Positions 25,001 to 38,239 of a stretch of DNA of 64,000 nt are shown here, piece after piece. The notes below the pieces were generated by a model, which saw only the letters and a program-made list of their open reading frames with translations, was not told the DNA's origin and did not search any database. Origin of the DNA: Eledone cirrhosa. Its lineage: Eukaryota. The number at the start of each line of letters is the position of its first letter. Position 1 is the first letter of the stretch. Location: NCBI GenBank assembly GCA_964016885.1, contig OZ024743.1, positions 139,004,001 to 139,068,000 of the forward strand. Reading direction: 5' to 3'. The position numbers were made by a program, and so were the translations under genes.

Positions 25001-26600
25001 TGGTTCTTGGTGTTTGGTGCTTGGTGCTTGGTGCTTGGTGTTTGGTGCATGGTGCTTGGTGTTTGGTGCTTGGTGTTTGGTGTTTAGTGCTTGGTGTTTG
25101 GTACTTGGTGCTTGGTGCTTGGTTTTAAGTGTTTAGTGCTTGGTGCTTGGTGTTTGGTGCTTCGTGCTTGGTGCTTGGTGTTTGGTGCATGGTGCTTGGT
25201 GTTTGGGGCTTGGTGCCTGGTGCTTTGTGTTTGGTGCTAGGAGCTTGGTGCTTGGTCTTTGGTGCTTGGTGCTTGGTGCTTGGTGCTTGGTGTTTGGTGC
25301 TTGGTGCTTGGTGCTTGGTTATTAGTGTTTGGTGCTTGGTGCTTGGGGTTTGGTGTTTGGTGCTTGGTGCTTGGTGTTTGGTGTTTGCTGTATGGTGTTT
25401 GCTGTTTGGTGTTTGGTGTTTGCTGTTTGGTGTTTAGTGCTTGGTGCTTGGTGCTTGGTGTTTGGTGGTTGGTGCTTGGTGCTTGGTGTTTGGCGTTTGC
25501 TCTTTGCTGTTTGGTGTTTGGTGCTTGCTGTTTGGTGGTTGGTGTTTGGTGTTTGGTGTTTGGTGTTTGGTGCTTGGTGCTTGGTGTTTGGTGGTTGGTG
25601 CTTGGTGCTGGGTGTTTGGTGCTTGTTGCTTGGTGCTTGGTGCTTGGTGCTTGGTGCTTGGTCTTTGGTGCTTGGTGTTTGGTGTTTGGTGCTTGGTGCT
25701 TGGTGTTTGGTGCTTGGGGCTTGGTGTTTGGTGCTTGGTGATTGCTGCTTGGTGTTTGGTGTTTGGTGCTTGGTGCTTGGTGCTTGGTGATTAGTGTTTG
25801 GTGCTTGGTGCTTGGTGCCTTGTGCTTGGTGCTTGGTGCTTGTTGTTTGGTGCTTGGTGCTTGGTGATTAGTGTTTGGTGCTTGGTGCTTGGTGCCTGGT
25901 GCTTGGTGCTTGTTGTTTGGTGCTTGGTGCTTGGTGATTAGTGTTTGGTGCCTGGTGCTTGGTGCTTGCTGTTTGGTGGTTGCTGTTTGGTGCTTGGTGT
26001 TTGGTGCTTGGTGCTTGGTGCTGGGTGGTTGGTGTTTGGTGCTTGGTGCTTGGTGTTTGGTGCTTGGTGCTTGGTGCTTGTTGTTTGGTGCTTGGTGCTT
26101 GGTCTTTGGTGCTTGGTGCTTGGTGTTTGGTGTTTGGTGTTTGGTGTTTCGTGCTTGGTGTCTAGTGTTTGGGTTTTGGTGTTTGGCGCTTGGTGCTTAG
26201 TGTTTGGTGTTTGGTGCTTGGTGCTTGGTGTTTGGTGTTTGGTGCTTGGTGTTTGGTGCTGGGTGCTTTGTGCTTGGTGTTTGGTGCTGGGTGTATGGTG
26301 TTTGGTGCTTGGTGCTTGGTGCTTGGTGTTTGGTGTTTGGTGCTTGGTACTTGGTGTTTGGTGTTTGATGCTTGGTGTTTGATGCTTGTTGCTTGGTGCT
26401 TGGTGTTTTGTGTTTGGTGTTTGGTACTTGGTGTATGTACTTGGTGCTTGGTGCTTGGTGTTTGGTGCTTGGTTCTTGGTGTTTGGTGCTTGGTGCTTGG
26501 TGTTTGGTGCTTGGTGTTTGGTGTTTGGTGCTTGGTGTTTGGTACTTGGTGCTTGGTGCTTGGTGTTAAGTGTTTGGTGCTTGGTGCTTGGTGTTTGGTG
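14805..26600 (+). repeat. Tandem higher-order duplication, ~5.9-kb period (offset 5951, stepping to 5888 and 5839 after whole-unit indels)
   Basis: ORF pairs 15459/21410, 16368/22319, 17298/23249 and 18197/24148 (5951); 19241/25129 (5888); 20032/25871 and 20533/26372 (5839). The steps of 63 and 49 nt equal 9 and 7 units. Confidence 0.93.
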
Positions 26601-29600
26601 CTTCGTGCTTGGTTCTTGGTGTTTGGTGCATGGTGCTTGGTGTTTGGGGCTTGGTGCCTGGTGCTCTGTGTTTGGTGCTAGGTGCTTGGTGCTTGGTCTT
26701 TGGTGTTTGGTGCTTGGTGCTTGGTGCTTGGTGTTTGGTGCTTGGTGCTTGGTGCTTGGTTATTAGTGTTTGGTGCTTGGTGCTTGGGGTTTGGTGTTTG
26801 GTGCTTGGTGCTTGGTGTTTGGCGTTTGCTCTTTGCTGTTTGGTGTTTGGTGCTTGCTGTTTGGTGTTTGGTGTTTGGTGTTTGGTGTTTGGTGCTTGCT
26901 GTTTGGTGCTTGGTGCTTGGTGCTGGGTGTTTGGTGCTTGGTGCTTGATGCTTGGTGCTTGGTGTTTGGTCCTTGGGGCTTGGTGCTTGGTCTTTGGTGC
27001 TTGGGATTTGGTGTTTGGTGCATGGTGCTCGGTGTTTGGTGGTTGGTGCTTGGTGCTTGGTGTTTGGTGTTTGGTGCTTGCTGCTTGGTGCTTGGTGTTT
27101 GGTGCTTGGTCCTTGGTGATTAGTGTTTGGTGCATGGTGCTTGGTGTTTGTTGTTTGGTGCTTGGTGCTTGGTGTTTGTTGCTTGGTGCTTGCTGTTTGG
27201 TATTTGGTGTTTGGTGCTTGGTGCTTGGTGTTAGGTGCTTGGTGTTTGGTTCTTGGTGTATGTACTTGGTGCTTGGTGCTTGGTGTTTGGTGCTTGGTTC
27301 TTGGTGTTTGGTGCTTGGTGTTTGGTGCTTGGTGTTTGGTGCTTGGTGCTTGGTGTTTGGTACTTGGTGCTTGGTGTTTGGTGTTTGGTGCTTGGTGTTT
27401 GGTGCTTGGTGCTTGGTGCTTGGTGTTAAGTGTTTGGTGCATGGTGCTTGGTGTTTGGTGCTTCGTGCTTGGTGGTTGGTGTTTGGTGCATGGTGCTTGA
27501 TGTTTGGGGCTTGGTGCCTGGTGCTTGGTGTTTGGTGCTTGGTGCTTGGTGCTTGGTGTTTGGTGTTTGGTGCTTGGTGCTTGGTGTTTGGTGCTTGGTG
27601 TTTGGTGATTGGTGTTCGGTGCTTGGTGGTTGGTGCTTGGTACTTGGTGTTAGGTTTTTGGTGCTTGGGGCTTGGTGTTTGGTGTTTGGTGCTCGGTGCT
27701 TGGTGTTTGGTGTTTGGTGCTTGGTGTTTGGTGCTTGGTGCTTTGTGCTTGGTGTTTGGTGCTGGGTGTATGGTGTTTGGTGCTTGGTGCTTGGTGCTTG
27801 GTGTTTGGTGTTTGGTGCTTGGTACTTGGTGTTTGGTGTTTGATGCTTGGTGTTTGATGCTTGTTGCTTGGTGCTTGGTGTTTTGTGTTTGGTGTTTGGT
27901 GCTTGGTGTTTAGTGCTTGGTGCTTGGTGTTTGGTGCTTGGTGTTTGGTGTTTGGTGCTTGGTGTTTGGTACTTGGTGCTTGGTGCTTGGTGTTAAGTGT
28001 TTGGTGCTTGGTGCTTGGTGTTTGGTGCTTCGTGCTTGGTGCTTGGTGTTTGGTGCATGGTGCTTGGTGTTTGAGGCTTGGTGCCTGGTGCTTTGTGTTT
28101 GGTGCTAGGTGCTTGGTGCTTGGTCTTTGGTGTTTGGTGTTGGTGCTTGGTGCTTGGTGTTTGGTGCTTGGTGATTGGTGCTTGGTGCTTGGTTATTAGT
28201 GTTTGGTGCTTGTTGCTTGGGGTTTGGTGTTTGGTGCTTGGTGCTTGGTGTTTGGTGTTTGCTGTATGGTGTTTGCTGTTTCGTGTTTGGTGTTTGCTGT
28301 TTGGTGTTTAATGCTTGGTGCTTGGTGCATGGTGTTTGGTGCTTGGTGCTTGGTGCTTGGTGTTTGGCGTTTGCTCTTTGCTGTTTGGTGTTTGGTGCTT
28401 GCTGTTTGGTGTTTGGTGTTTGGTGTTTGGTGTTTGGTGCTTGCTGTTTGGTGCTTGGTGCTTGGTGTTTGGTGTTTGGTGTTTGGTGCTTGGTGCTTGG
28501 TGTTTGGTGCTTGGTGCTTGGTGCTGGGTGTTTGGTGCTTGGTGCTTGGTGTTTGGTGCTTGGTGCTTGATGCTTGGTGCTTGGTGTTTGGTCCTTGGGG
28601 CTTGGTGCTTGGTCTTTGGTGCTTGGGATTTGGTGTTTGGTGCATGGTGCTCGGTGTTTGGTGCTTGGTGCGTGGTGCTTGGTGTTTGGTGTTTGGTGCT
28701 TGCTGCTTGGTGCTTGGTGTTTGGTGCTTGGTGATTAGTGTTTGGTGCATGGTGCTTGGTGTTTGTTGTTTGGTGCTTGGTGCTTGGTGTTTGGTGCTTG
28801 GTGCTTGCTGTTTGGTGTTTGGTGTTTGGTGCTTGGTGCTTGGTCTTTGGTGTTTGGTGTTTGGTGTTTGGTGCTTGGTGCTTGGTGTTTGGTGCTTGGT
28901 GTTTGGTGCTTGGTGTATGTGCTTGGTGCTTGGTGCTTGGTGCTTGGTTCTTGGTGTTTGGTGCTTGGTGTTTGGTGCTTGGTGTTTGGTGCTTGGTGCT
29001 TGGTGTTTGGTTCTTGGTGCTTGGTGTTTGGTGTTTGGTGCTTGGTGTTTGTTACTTGGTGCTTGGTGCTTGGTGTTAAGTGTTTGGTGCTTGGTGCTTG
29101 GTGTTTGGTGCTTCGTGCTTGGTGCTTAGTGTTTGGTGCATGGTGCTTGATGTTTGGGGCTTGGTGCCTGGTGCTTGGAGTTTGGTGCTTGGTGCTTGGT
29201 GCTTGGTGTTTGGTGTTTGGTGCTTGGTGCTTGGTGTTTGGTGCTTGGTGTTTGGTGCTTGGTGTTCGGTGCTTGGTGCTTGGTGCTTGGTACTTGGTGT
29301 TAGGTTTTTGGTGCTTGGGGCTTGGTGTTTGGTGTTTGGTGCTTGGTGCTTGGTGTTTGGTGTTTGGTGCTTGGTGTTTGGTGCTTGGTGCTTTGTGCTT
29401 GGTGTTTGGTGCTGGGTGTATGGTGTTTGGTGCTTGGTGCTTGGTGCTTGGTGTTTGGTGTTTGGTGCTTGGTACTTGGTGTTTGGTGTTTGATGCTTGG
29501 TGTTTGATGCTTGTTGATTGGTGCTTGGTGTTTTGTGTTTGGTGTTTGGTGCTTGGTGTATGTACTTGGTGCTTGGTGCTTGGTGTTTGGTTCTTGGTTC

Positions 29601-32600
29601 TTGGTGTTTGGTGCTTGGTGCTTGGTGCTTGGTGTTTGGTGCTTGGTGCTTGGTGTTTGGTGCTTGGTGTTTGGTGTTTGTTGTTTGGTGCTTGGTGCTT
29701 GGTGTTTGGTGCTTGGTGCTTGCTGTTTGGTGTTTGGTGTTTGGTGCTTGGTGCTTGGTGTTTGGTGCTTGGTGTTTGGTTCTTGGTGTATGTACTTGGT
29801 GCTTGGTGCTTGGTGTTTGGTGCTTGGTTCTTGGTGTTTGGTGCTTGGTGTTTGGTGCTTGGTGTTTGGTGCTTGGTGCTTGGTGTTTGGTACTTGGTGC
29901 TTGGTGATTAGTGTTTGGTGCATGGTGCTTGGTGTTTGTTGTTTGGTGCTTGGTGCTTGGTGATTGGTGCTTGGTGCTTGCTGTTTGGTGTTTGGTGTTT
30001 GGTGCTTGGTGCTTGGTGTTTGGTGCTTGGTGTTTGGTTCTTGGTGTATGTACTTGGTGCTTGGTGCTTGGTGTTTGGTGCTTGGTTCTTGGTGTTTGGT
30101 GCTTGGTGTTTGGTGTTTGGTGCTTGGTGTTTGGTGCTTGGTGCTTGGTGCTTGGTGTTAAGTGTTTGGTGCATGGTGCTTGGTGTTTGGTGCTTCGTGC
30201 TTGGTGCTTGGTGTTTGGTGCATGGTGCTTGATGTTTGGGGCTTGGTGCCTGGTGCTTGGTGTTTGGTGCTTGGTGCTTGGTGCTTGGTGTTTGGTGTTT
30301 GGTGCTTGGTGCTTGGTGTTTGGTGCTTGGTGTTTGGTGCTTGGTGTTCGGTGCTTGGTGCTTGGTGCTTGGTACTTGGTGTTAGGTTTTTGGTGCTTGG
30401 GGCTTGGTGTTTGGTGTTTGGTGCTTGGTGCTTGGTGTTTGGTGTTTGGTGCTTGGTGTTTGGTGCTTGGTGCTTTGTGCTTGGTGTTTGGTGCTGGGTG
30501 TATGGTGTTTGGTGCTTGGTGCTTGGTGCTTGGTGTTTGGTGTTTGGTGCTTGGTACTTGGTGTTTGGTGTTTGATGCTTGGTGTTTGATGCTTGTTGCT
30601 TGGTGCTTGGTGTTTTGTGTTTGGTGTTTGGTGCTTGGTGTTTGGTGCTTGGTGCTTGGTGTTTGGTGCTTGGTGTTTGGTGTTTGGTGCTTGGTGTTTG
30701 TTACTTGGTGCTTGGTGCTTGGTTTTAAGTGTTTGGTGCTTGGTGCTTGGTGTTTGGTGCTTCGTGCTTGGTGCTTGGTGTCTGGTGCATGGTGCTTGGT
30801 GTTTGAGGCTTGGTACCTGGTGCTTTGTGTTTGGTGCTAGGTGCTTGGTGCTTGGTCTTTGGTGTTTGGTGTTGGTGCTTGGTGCTTGGTGTTTGGTGCT
30901 TGGTGATTGGTGCTTGGTGCTTGGTTATTAGTGTTTGGTGCTTGGTGCTTGTGGTTTGGTGTTTGGTGCTTGGTGCTTGGTGTTTGGTGTTTGCTGTATG
31001 GTGTTTGCTGTTTCGTGTTTGGTGTTTGCTGTTTGGTGTTTAATGCTTGGTGCATGGTGTTTGGTGTTTGGTGTTTGGTGTTTGGTGTTTGGTGCTTGCT
31101 GTTTGGTGCTTGGTGCTTGGTGTTTGGTGTTTGGTGTTTGGTGCTTGGTGCTTGGTGTTTGGTGCTTGGTGCTTGGTGCTGGGTGTTTGGTGCTTGGTGC
31201 TTGGTGTTTGGTGCTTGGTGCTTGATGCTTGGTGCTTGGTGTTTGTTGTTTGGTGCTTGGTGCTTGGTGTTTGGTGCTTGGTGCTTGCTGTTTGGTGTTT
31301 GGTGTTTGGTGCTTGGTGCTTGGTCTTTGGTGTTTGGTGTTTGGTGTTTGGTGCTAGGTGCTTGGTGTTTGGTGCTTGGTGTTTGGTGCTTGGTGTTCGG
31401 TGCTTGGTGCTTGGTGCTTGGTACTTGGTGTTAGGTTTTTGGTGCTTGGGGCTTGGTGTTTGGTGTTTGGTGCTTGGTGCTTGGTATTTGGTGTTTGGTG
31501 CTTGGTGTTTGGTGTTTGGTGCTTTGTGCTTGGTGTTTGGTGCTGGGTGTATGGTGTTTGGTGCTTGGTGCTTGGTGCTTGGTGTTTGGTGTTTGGTGCT
31601 TGGTACTTGGTGTTTGGTGTTTGATGCTTGGTGTTTGATGCTTGTTGCTTGGTGCTTGGTGTTTTGTGTTTGGTGTTTGGTGCTTGGTTCTTGGTGTTTG
31701 GTGCTTGGTGCTTGGTGCTTGGTGTTTGGTGCTTGGTGCTTGGTGTTTGGTGCTTGGTGTTTGGTGTTTGGTGCTTGGTGTTTGGTACTTGGTGCTTGGT
31801 GCTTGGTTTTAAGTGTTTAGTGCTTGGTGCTTGGTGTTTGGTGCTTCGTGCTTGGTGCTTGGTGTTTGGTGCATGGTGCTTGGTGTTTGGGGCTTGGTGC
31901 CTGGTGCTTTGTGTTTGGTGCTAGGAGCTTGGTGCTTGGTCTTTGGTGCTTGGTGCTTGGTGCTTGGTGCTTGGTGTTTGGTGCTTGGTGCTTGGTGCTT
32001 GGTTATTAGTGTTTGGTGCTTGGTGCTTGGGGTTTGGTGTTTGGTGCTTGGTGCTTGGTGTTTGGTGTTTGATGTATGGTGTTTGCTGTTTGGTGTTTGG
32101 TGTTTGCTGTTTGGTGTTTAGTGCTTGGTGCTTGGTGCTTGGTGTTTGGTGGTTGGTGCTTGGTGCTTGGTGTTTGGCGTTTGCTCTTTGCTGTTTGGTG
32201 TTTGGTGCTTGCTGTTTGGTGGTTGGTGTTTGGTGTTTGGTGTTTGGTGCTTGCTGTTTGGTGCTTGGTGCTTGGTGTTTGGTGTTTGGTGTTTGGTGCT
32301 TGGTGCTTGGTGTTTGGTGGTTGGTGCTTGGTGCTGGGTGTTTGGTGCTTGTTGCTTGGTGCTTGGTGCTTGGTGCTTGGTGCTTGGTCTTTGGTGCTTG
32401 GTGTTTGGTGTTTGGTGCTTGGTGCTTGGTGTTTGGTGCTTGGGGCTTGGTGTTTGGTGCTTGGTGATTGCTGCTTGGTGTTTGGTGTTTGGTGCTTGGT
32501 GCTTGGTGCTTGGTGATTAGTGTTTGGTGCTTGGTGCTTGGTGCCTTGTGCTTGGTGCTTGGTGCTTGTTGTTTGGTGCTTGGTGCTTGGTGATTAGTGT

Positions 32601-35600
32601 TTGGTGCTTGGTGCTTGGTGCCTGGTGCTTGGTGCTTGTTGTTTGGTGCTTGGTGCTTGGTGATTAGTGTTTGGTGCCTGGTGCTTGGTGCTTGCTGTTT
32701 GGTGGTTGCTGTTTGGTGCTTGGTGTTTGGTGCTTGGTGCTTGGTGCTGGGTGGTTGGTGTTTGGTGCTTGGTGCTTGGTGTTTGGTGCTTGGTGCTTGG
32801 TGCTTGTTGTTTGGTGCTTGGTGCTTGGTCTTTGGTGCTTGGTGCTTGGTGTTTGGTGTTTGGTGTTTGGTGTTTCGTGCTTGGTGTCTAGTGTTTGGGT
32901 TTTGGTGTTTGGCGCTTGGTGCTTAGTGTTTGGTGTTTGGTGCTTGGTGCTTGGTGTTTGGTGTTTGGTGCTTGGTGTTTGGTGCTGGGTGCTTTGTGCT
33001 TGGTGTTTGGTGCTGGGTGTATGGTGTTTGGTGCTTGGTGCTTGGTGCTTGGTGTTTGGTGTTTGGTGCTTGGTACTTGGTGTTTGGTGTTTGATGCTTG
33101 GTGTTTGATGCTTGTTGCTTGGTGCTTGGTGTTTTGTGTTTGGTGTTTGGTACTTGGTGTATGTACTTGGTGCTTGGTGCTTGGTGTTTGGTGCTTGGTT
33201 CTTGGTGTTTGGTGCTTGGTGCTTGGTGTTTGGTGCTTGGTGTTTGGTGTTTGGTGCTTGGTGTTTGGTACTTGGTGCTTGGTGCTTGGTGTTAAGTGTT
33301 TGGTGCTTGGTGCTTGGTGTTTGGTGCTTCGTGCTTGGTTCTTGGTGTTTGGTGCATGGTGCTTGGTGTTTGGGGCTTGGTGCCTGGTGCTTTGTGTTTG
33401 GTGCTAGGTGCTTGGTGCTTGGTCTTTGGTGTTTGGTGCTTGGTGCTTGGTGCTTGGTGTTTGGTGCTTGGTGCTTGGTGCTTGGTTATTAGTGTTTGGT
33501 GCTTGGTGCTTGGGGTTTGGTGTTTGGTGCTTGGTGCTTGGTGTTTGGCGTTTGCTCTTTGCTGTTTGGTGTTTGGTGCTTGCTGTTTGGTGTTTGGTGT
33601 TTGGTGTTTGGTGTTTGGTGCTTGCTGTTTGGTGCTTGGTGCTTGGTGCTGGGTGTTTGGTGCTTGGTGCTTGATGCTTGGTGCTTGGTGTTTGGTCCTT
33701 GGGGCTTGGTGCTTGGTCTTTGGTGCTTGGGATTTGGTGTTTGGTGCATGGTGCTCGGTGTTTGGTGGTTGGTGCTTGGTGCTTGGTGTTTGGTGTTTGG
33801 TGCTTGCTGCTTGGTGCTTGGTGTTTGGTGCTTGGTCCTTGGTGATTAGTGTTTGGTGCATGGTGCTTGGTGTTTGTTGTTTGGTGCTTGGTGCTTGGTG
33901 TTTGGTGCTTGGTGCTTGCTGTTTGGTATTTGGTGTTTGGTGCTTGGTGCTTGGTGTTTGGTGCTTGGTGTTTGGTTCTTGGTGTATGTACTTGGTGCTT
34001 GGTGCTTGGTGTTTGGTGCTTGGTTCTTGGTGTTTGGTGCTTGGTGTTTGGTGCTTGGTGTTTGGTGCTTGGTGCTTGGTGTTTGGTACTTGGTGCTTGG
34101 TGTTTGGTGTTTGGTGCTTGGTGTTTGGTGCTTGGTGCTTGGTGCTTGGTGTTAAGTGTTTGGTGCATGGTGCTTGGTGTTTGGTGCTTCGTGCTTGGTG
34201 GTTGGTGTTTGGTGCATGGTGCTTGATGTTTGGGGCTTGGTGCCTGGTGCTTGGTGTTTGGTGCTTGGTGCTTGGTGCTTGGTGTTTGGTGTTTGGTGCT
34301 TGGTGCTTGGTGTTTGGTGCTTGGTGTTTGGTGATTGGTGTTCGGTGCTTGGTGGTTGGTGCTTGGTACTTGGTGTTAGGTTTTTGGTGCTTGGGGCTTG
34401 GTGTTTGGTGTTTGGTGCTCGGTGCTTGGTGTTTGGTGTTTGGTGCTTGGTGTTTGGTGCTTGGTGCTTTGTGCTTGGTGTTTGGTGCTGGGTGTATGGT
34501 GTTTGGTGCTTGGTGCTTGGTGCTTGGTGTTTGGTGTTTGGTGCTTGGTACTTGGTGTTTGGTGTTTGATGCTTGGTGTTTGATGCTTGTTGCTTGGTGC
34601 TTGGTGTTTTGTGTTTGGTGTTTGGTGCTTGGTGTTTAGTGCTTGGTGCTTGGTGTTTGGTGCTTGGTGTTTGGTGTTTGGTGCTTGGTGTTTGGTACTT
34701 GGTGCTTGGTGCTTGGTGTTAAGTGTTTGGTGCTTGGTGCTTGGTGTTTGGTGCTTCGTGCTTGGTGCTTGGTGTTTGGTGCATGGTGCTTGGTGTTTGA
34801 GGCTTGGTGCCTGGTGCTTTGTGTTTGGTGCTAGGTGCTTGGTGCTTGGTCTTTGGTGTTTGGTGTTGGTGCTTGGTGCTTGGTGTTTGGTGCTTGGTGA
34901 TTGGTGCTTGGTGCTTGGTTATTAGTGTTTGGTGCTTGTTGCTTGGGGTTTGGTGTTTGGTGCTTGGTGCTTGGTGTTTGGTGTTTGCTGTATGGTGTTT
35001 GCTGTTTCGTGTTTGGTGTTTGCTGTTTGGTGTTTAATGCTTGGTGCTTGGTGCATGGTGTTTGGTGCTTGGTGCTTGGTGCTTGGTGTTTGGCGTTTGC
35101 TCTTTGCTGTTTGGTGTTTGGTGCTTGCTGTTTGGTGTTTGGTGTTTGGTGTTTGGTGTTTGGTGCTTGCTGTTTGGTGCTTGGTGCTTGGTGTTTGGTG
35201 TTTGGTGTTTGGTGCTTGGTGCTTGGTGTTTGGTGCTTGGTGCTTGGTGCTGGGTGTTTGGTGCTTGGTGCTTGGTGTTTGGTGCTTGGTGCTTGATGCT
35301 TGGTGCTTGGTGTTTGGTCCTTGGGGCTTGGTGCTTGGTCTTTGGTGCTTGGGATTTGGTGTTTGGTGCATGGTGCTCGGTGTTTGGTGCTTGGTGCGTG
35401 GTGCTTGGTGTTTGGTGTTTGGTGCTTGCTGCTTGGTGCTTGGTGTTTGGTGCTTGGTGATTAGTGTTTGGTGCATGGTGCTTGGTGTTTGTTGTTTGGT
35501 GCTTGGTGCTTGGTGTTTGGTGCTTGGTGCTTGCTGTTTGGTGTTTGGTGTTTGGTGCTTGGTGCTTGGTCTTTGGTGTTTGGTGTTTGGTGTTTGGTGC

Positions 35601-35940
35601 TTGGTGCTTGGTGTTTGGTGCTTGGTGTTTGGTGCTTGGTGTATGTGCTTGGTGCTTGGTGCTTGGTGCTTGGTTCTTGGTGTTTGGTGCTTGGTGTTTG
35701 GTGCTTGGTGTTTGGTGCTTGGTGCTTGGTGTTTGGTTCTTGGTGCTTGGTGTTTGGTGTTTGGTGCTTGGTGTTTGTTACTTGGTGCTTGGTGCTTGGT
35801 GTTAAGTGTTTGGTGCTTGGTGCTTGGTGTTTGGTGCTTCGTGCTTGGTGCTTAGTGTTTGGTGCATGGTGCTTGATGTTTGGGGCTTGGTGCCTGGTGC
35901 TTGGAGTTTGGTGCTTGGTGCTTGGTGCTTGGTGTTTGGA
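23020..35940 (+). repeat. Higher-order duplication, ~6.7-kb period (offsets 6662, 6684, 6726)
   Basis: ORF pairs 23249/29911 and 24148/30810 (6662); 25129/31813 (6684); 25871/32597, 26570/33296, 27430/34156, 28203/34929 and 29080/35806 (6726). Confidence 0.92.
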
Positions 35941-37633
35941 GTTTGGTGCTTGGTGCTTGGTGTTTGGTGCTTGGTGTTTGGTGATTGGTGTTCGGTGCTT
36001 GGTGGTTGGTGCTTGGTACTTGGTGTTAGGTTTTTGGTGCTTGGGGCTTGGTGTTTGGTGTTTGGTGCTCGGTGCTTGGTGTTTGGTGTTTGGTGCTTGG
36101 TGTTTGGTGCTTGGTGCTTTGTGCTTGGTGTTTGGTGCTGGGTGTATGGTGTTTGGTGCTTGGTGCTTGGTGCTTGGTGTTTGGTGTTTGGTGCTTGGTA
36201 CTTGGTGTTTGGTGTTTGATGCTTGGTGTTTGATGCTTGTTGCTTGGTGCTTGGTGTTTTGTGTTTGGTGTTTGGTGCTTGGTGTTTAGTGCTTGGTGCT
36301 TGGTGTTTGGTGCTTGGTGTTTGGTGTTTGGTGCTTGGTGTTTGGTACTTGGTGCTTGGTGCTTGGTGTTAAGTGTTTGGTGCTTGGTGCTTGGTGTTTG
36401 GTGCTTCGTGCTTGGTGCTTGGTGTTTGGTGCATGGTGCTTGGTGTTTGAGGCTTGGTGCCTGGTGCTTTGTGTTTGGTGCTAGGTGCTTGGTGCTTGGT
36501 CTTTGGTGTTTGGTGTTGGTGCTTGGTGCTTGGTGTTTGGTGCTTGGTGATTGGTGCTTGGTGCTTGGTTATTAGTGTTTGGTGCTTGTTGCTTGGGGTT
36601 TGGTGTTTGGTGCTTGGTGCTTGGTGTTTGGTGTTTGCTGTATGGTGTTTGCTGTTTCGTGTTTGGTGTTTGCTGTTTGGTGTTTAATGCTTGGTGCTTG
36701 GTGCATGGTGTTTGGTGCTTGGTGCTTGGTGCTTGGTGTTTGGCGTTTGCTCTTTGCTGTTTGGTGTTTGGTGCTTGCTGTTTGGTGTTTGGTGTTTGGT
36801 GTTTGGTGTTTGGTGCTTGCTGTTTGGTGCTTGGTGCTTGGTGTTTGGTGTTTGGTGTTTGGTGCTTGGTGCTTGGTGTTTGGTGCTTGGTGCTTGGTGC
36901 TGGGTGTTTGGTGCTTGGTGCTTGGTGTTTGGTGCTTGGTGCTTGATGCTTGGTGCTTGGTGTTTGGTCCTTGGGGCTTGGTGCTTGGTCTTTGGTGCTT
37001 GGGATTTGGTGTTTGGTGCATGGTGCTCGGTGTTTGGTGCTTGGTGCGTGGTGCTTGGTGTTTGGTGTTTGGTGCTTGCTGCTTGGTGCTTGGTGTTTGG
37101 TGCTTGGTGATTAGTGTTTGGTGCATGGTGCTTGGTGTTTGTTGTTTGGTGCTTGGTGCTTGGTGTTTGGTGCTTGGTGCTTGCTGTTTGGTGTTTGGTG
37201 TTTGGTGCTTGGTGCTTGGTCTTTGGTGTTTGGTGTTTGGTGTTTGGTGCTTGGTGCTTGGTGTTTGGTGCTTGGTGTTTGGTGCTTGGTGTATGTGCTT
37301 GGTGCTTGGTGCTTGGTGCTTGGTTCTTGGTGTTTGGTGCTTGGTGTTTGGTGCTTGGTGTTTGGTGCTTGGTGCTTGGTGTTTGGTTCTTGGTGCTTGG
37401 TGTTTGGTGTTTGGTGCTTGGTGTTTGTTACTTGGTGCTTGGTGCTTGGTGTTAAGTGTTTGGTGCTTGGTGCTTGGTGTTTGGTGCTTCGTGCTTGGTG
37501 CTTAGTGTTTGGTGCATGGTGCTTGATGTTTGGGGCTTGGTGCCTGGTGCTTGGAGTTTGGTGCTTGGTGCTTGGTGCTTGGTGTTTGGTGTTTGGTGCT
37601 TGGTGCTTGGTGTTTGGTGCTTGGTGTTTGGTG
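34291..37633 (+). repeat. Tandem higher-order duplication, 2 x 1650 bp (236 units minus 2 nt)
   Basis: ORF pairs 34398/36048, 34587/36237, 34929/36579 and 35464/37114 have identical translations at offset 1650. Confidence 0.93.
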
Positions 37634-38239
37634 CTTGGTGTTCGGTGCTTGGTGCTTGGTGCTTGGTACTTGGTGTTAGGTTTTTGGTGCTTGGGGCTTG
37701 GTGTTTGGTGTTTGGTGCTTGGTGCTTGGTGTTTGGTGTTTGGTGCTTGGTGTTTGGTGCTTGGTGCTTTGTGCTTGGTGTTTGGTGCTGGGTGTATGGT
37801 GTTTGGTGCTTGGTGCTTGGTGCTTGGTGTTTGGTGTTTGGTGCTTGGTACTTGGTGTTTGGTGTTTGATGCTTGGTGTTTGATGCTTGTTGATTGGTGC
37901 TTGGTGTTTTGTGTTTGGTGTTTGGTGCTTGGTGTATGTACTTGGTGCTTGGTGCTTGGTGTTTGGTGCTTGGTTCTTGGTGTTTGGTGCTTGGTGCTTG
38001 GTGCTTGGTGTTTGGTGCTTGGTGCTTGGTGTTTGGTGCTTGGTGTTTGGTGTTTGGTGCTTGGTGTTTGGTACTTGGTGCTTGGTGCTTGGTGTTAAGT
38101 GTTTGGTGCTTGGTGCTTGGTGTTTGGTGCTTCGTGCTTGGTGCTTGGTGTTTGAGGCTTGGTGCCTGGTGCTTTGTGTTTGGTGCTAGGTGCTTGGTGC
38201 TTGGTCTTTGGTGTTTGGTGCTTGGTGCTTGGTGCTTGG

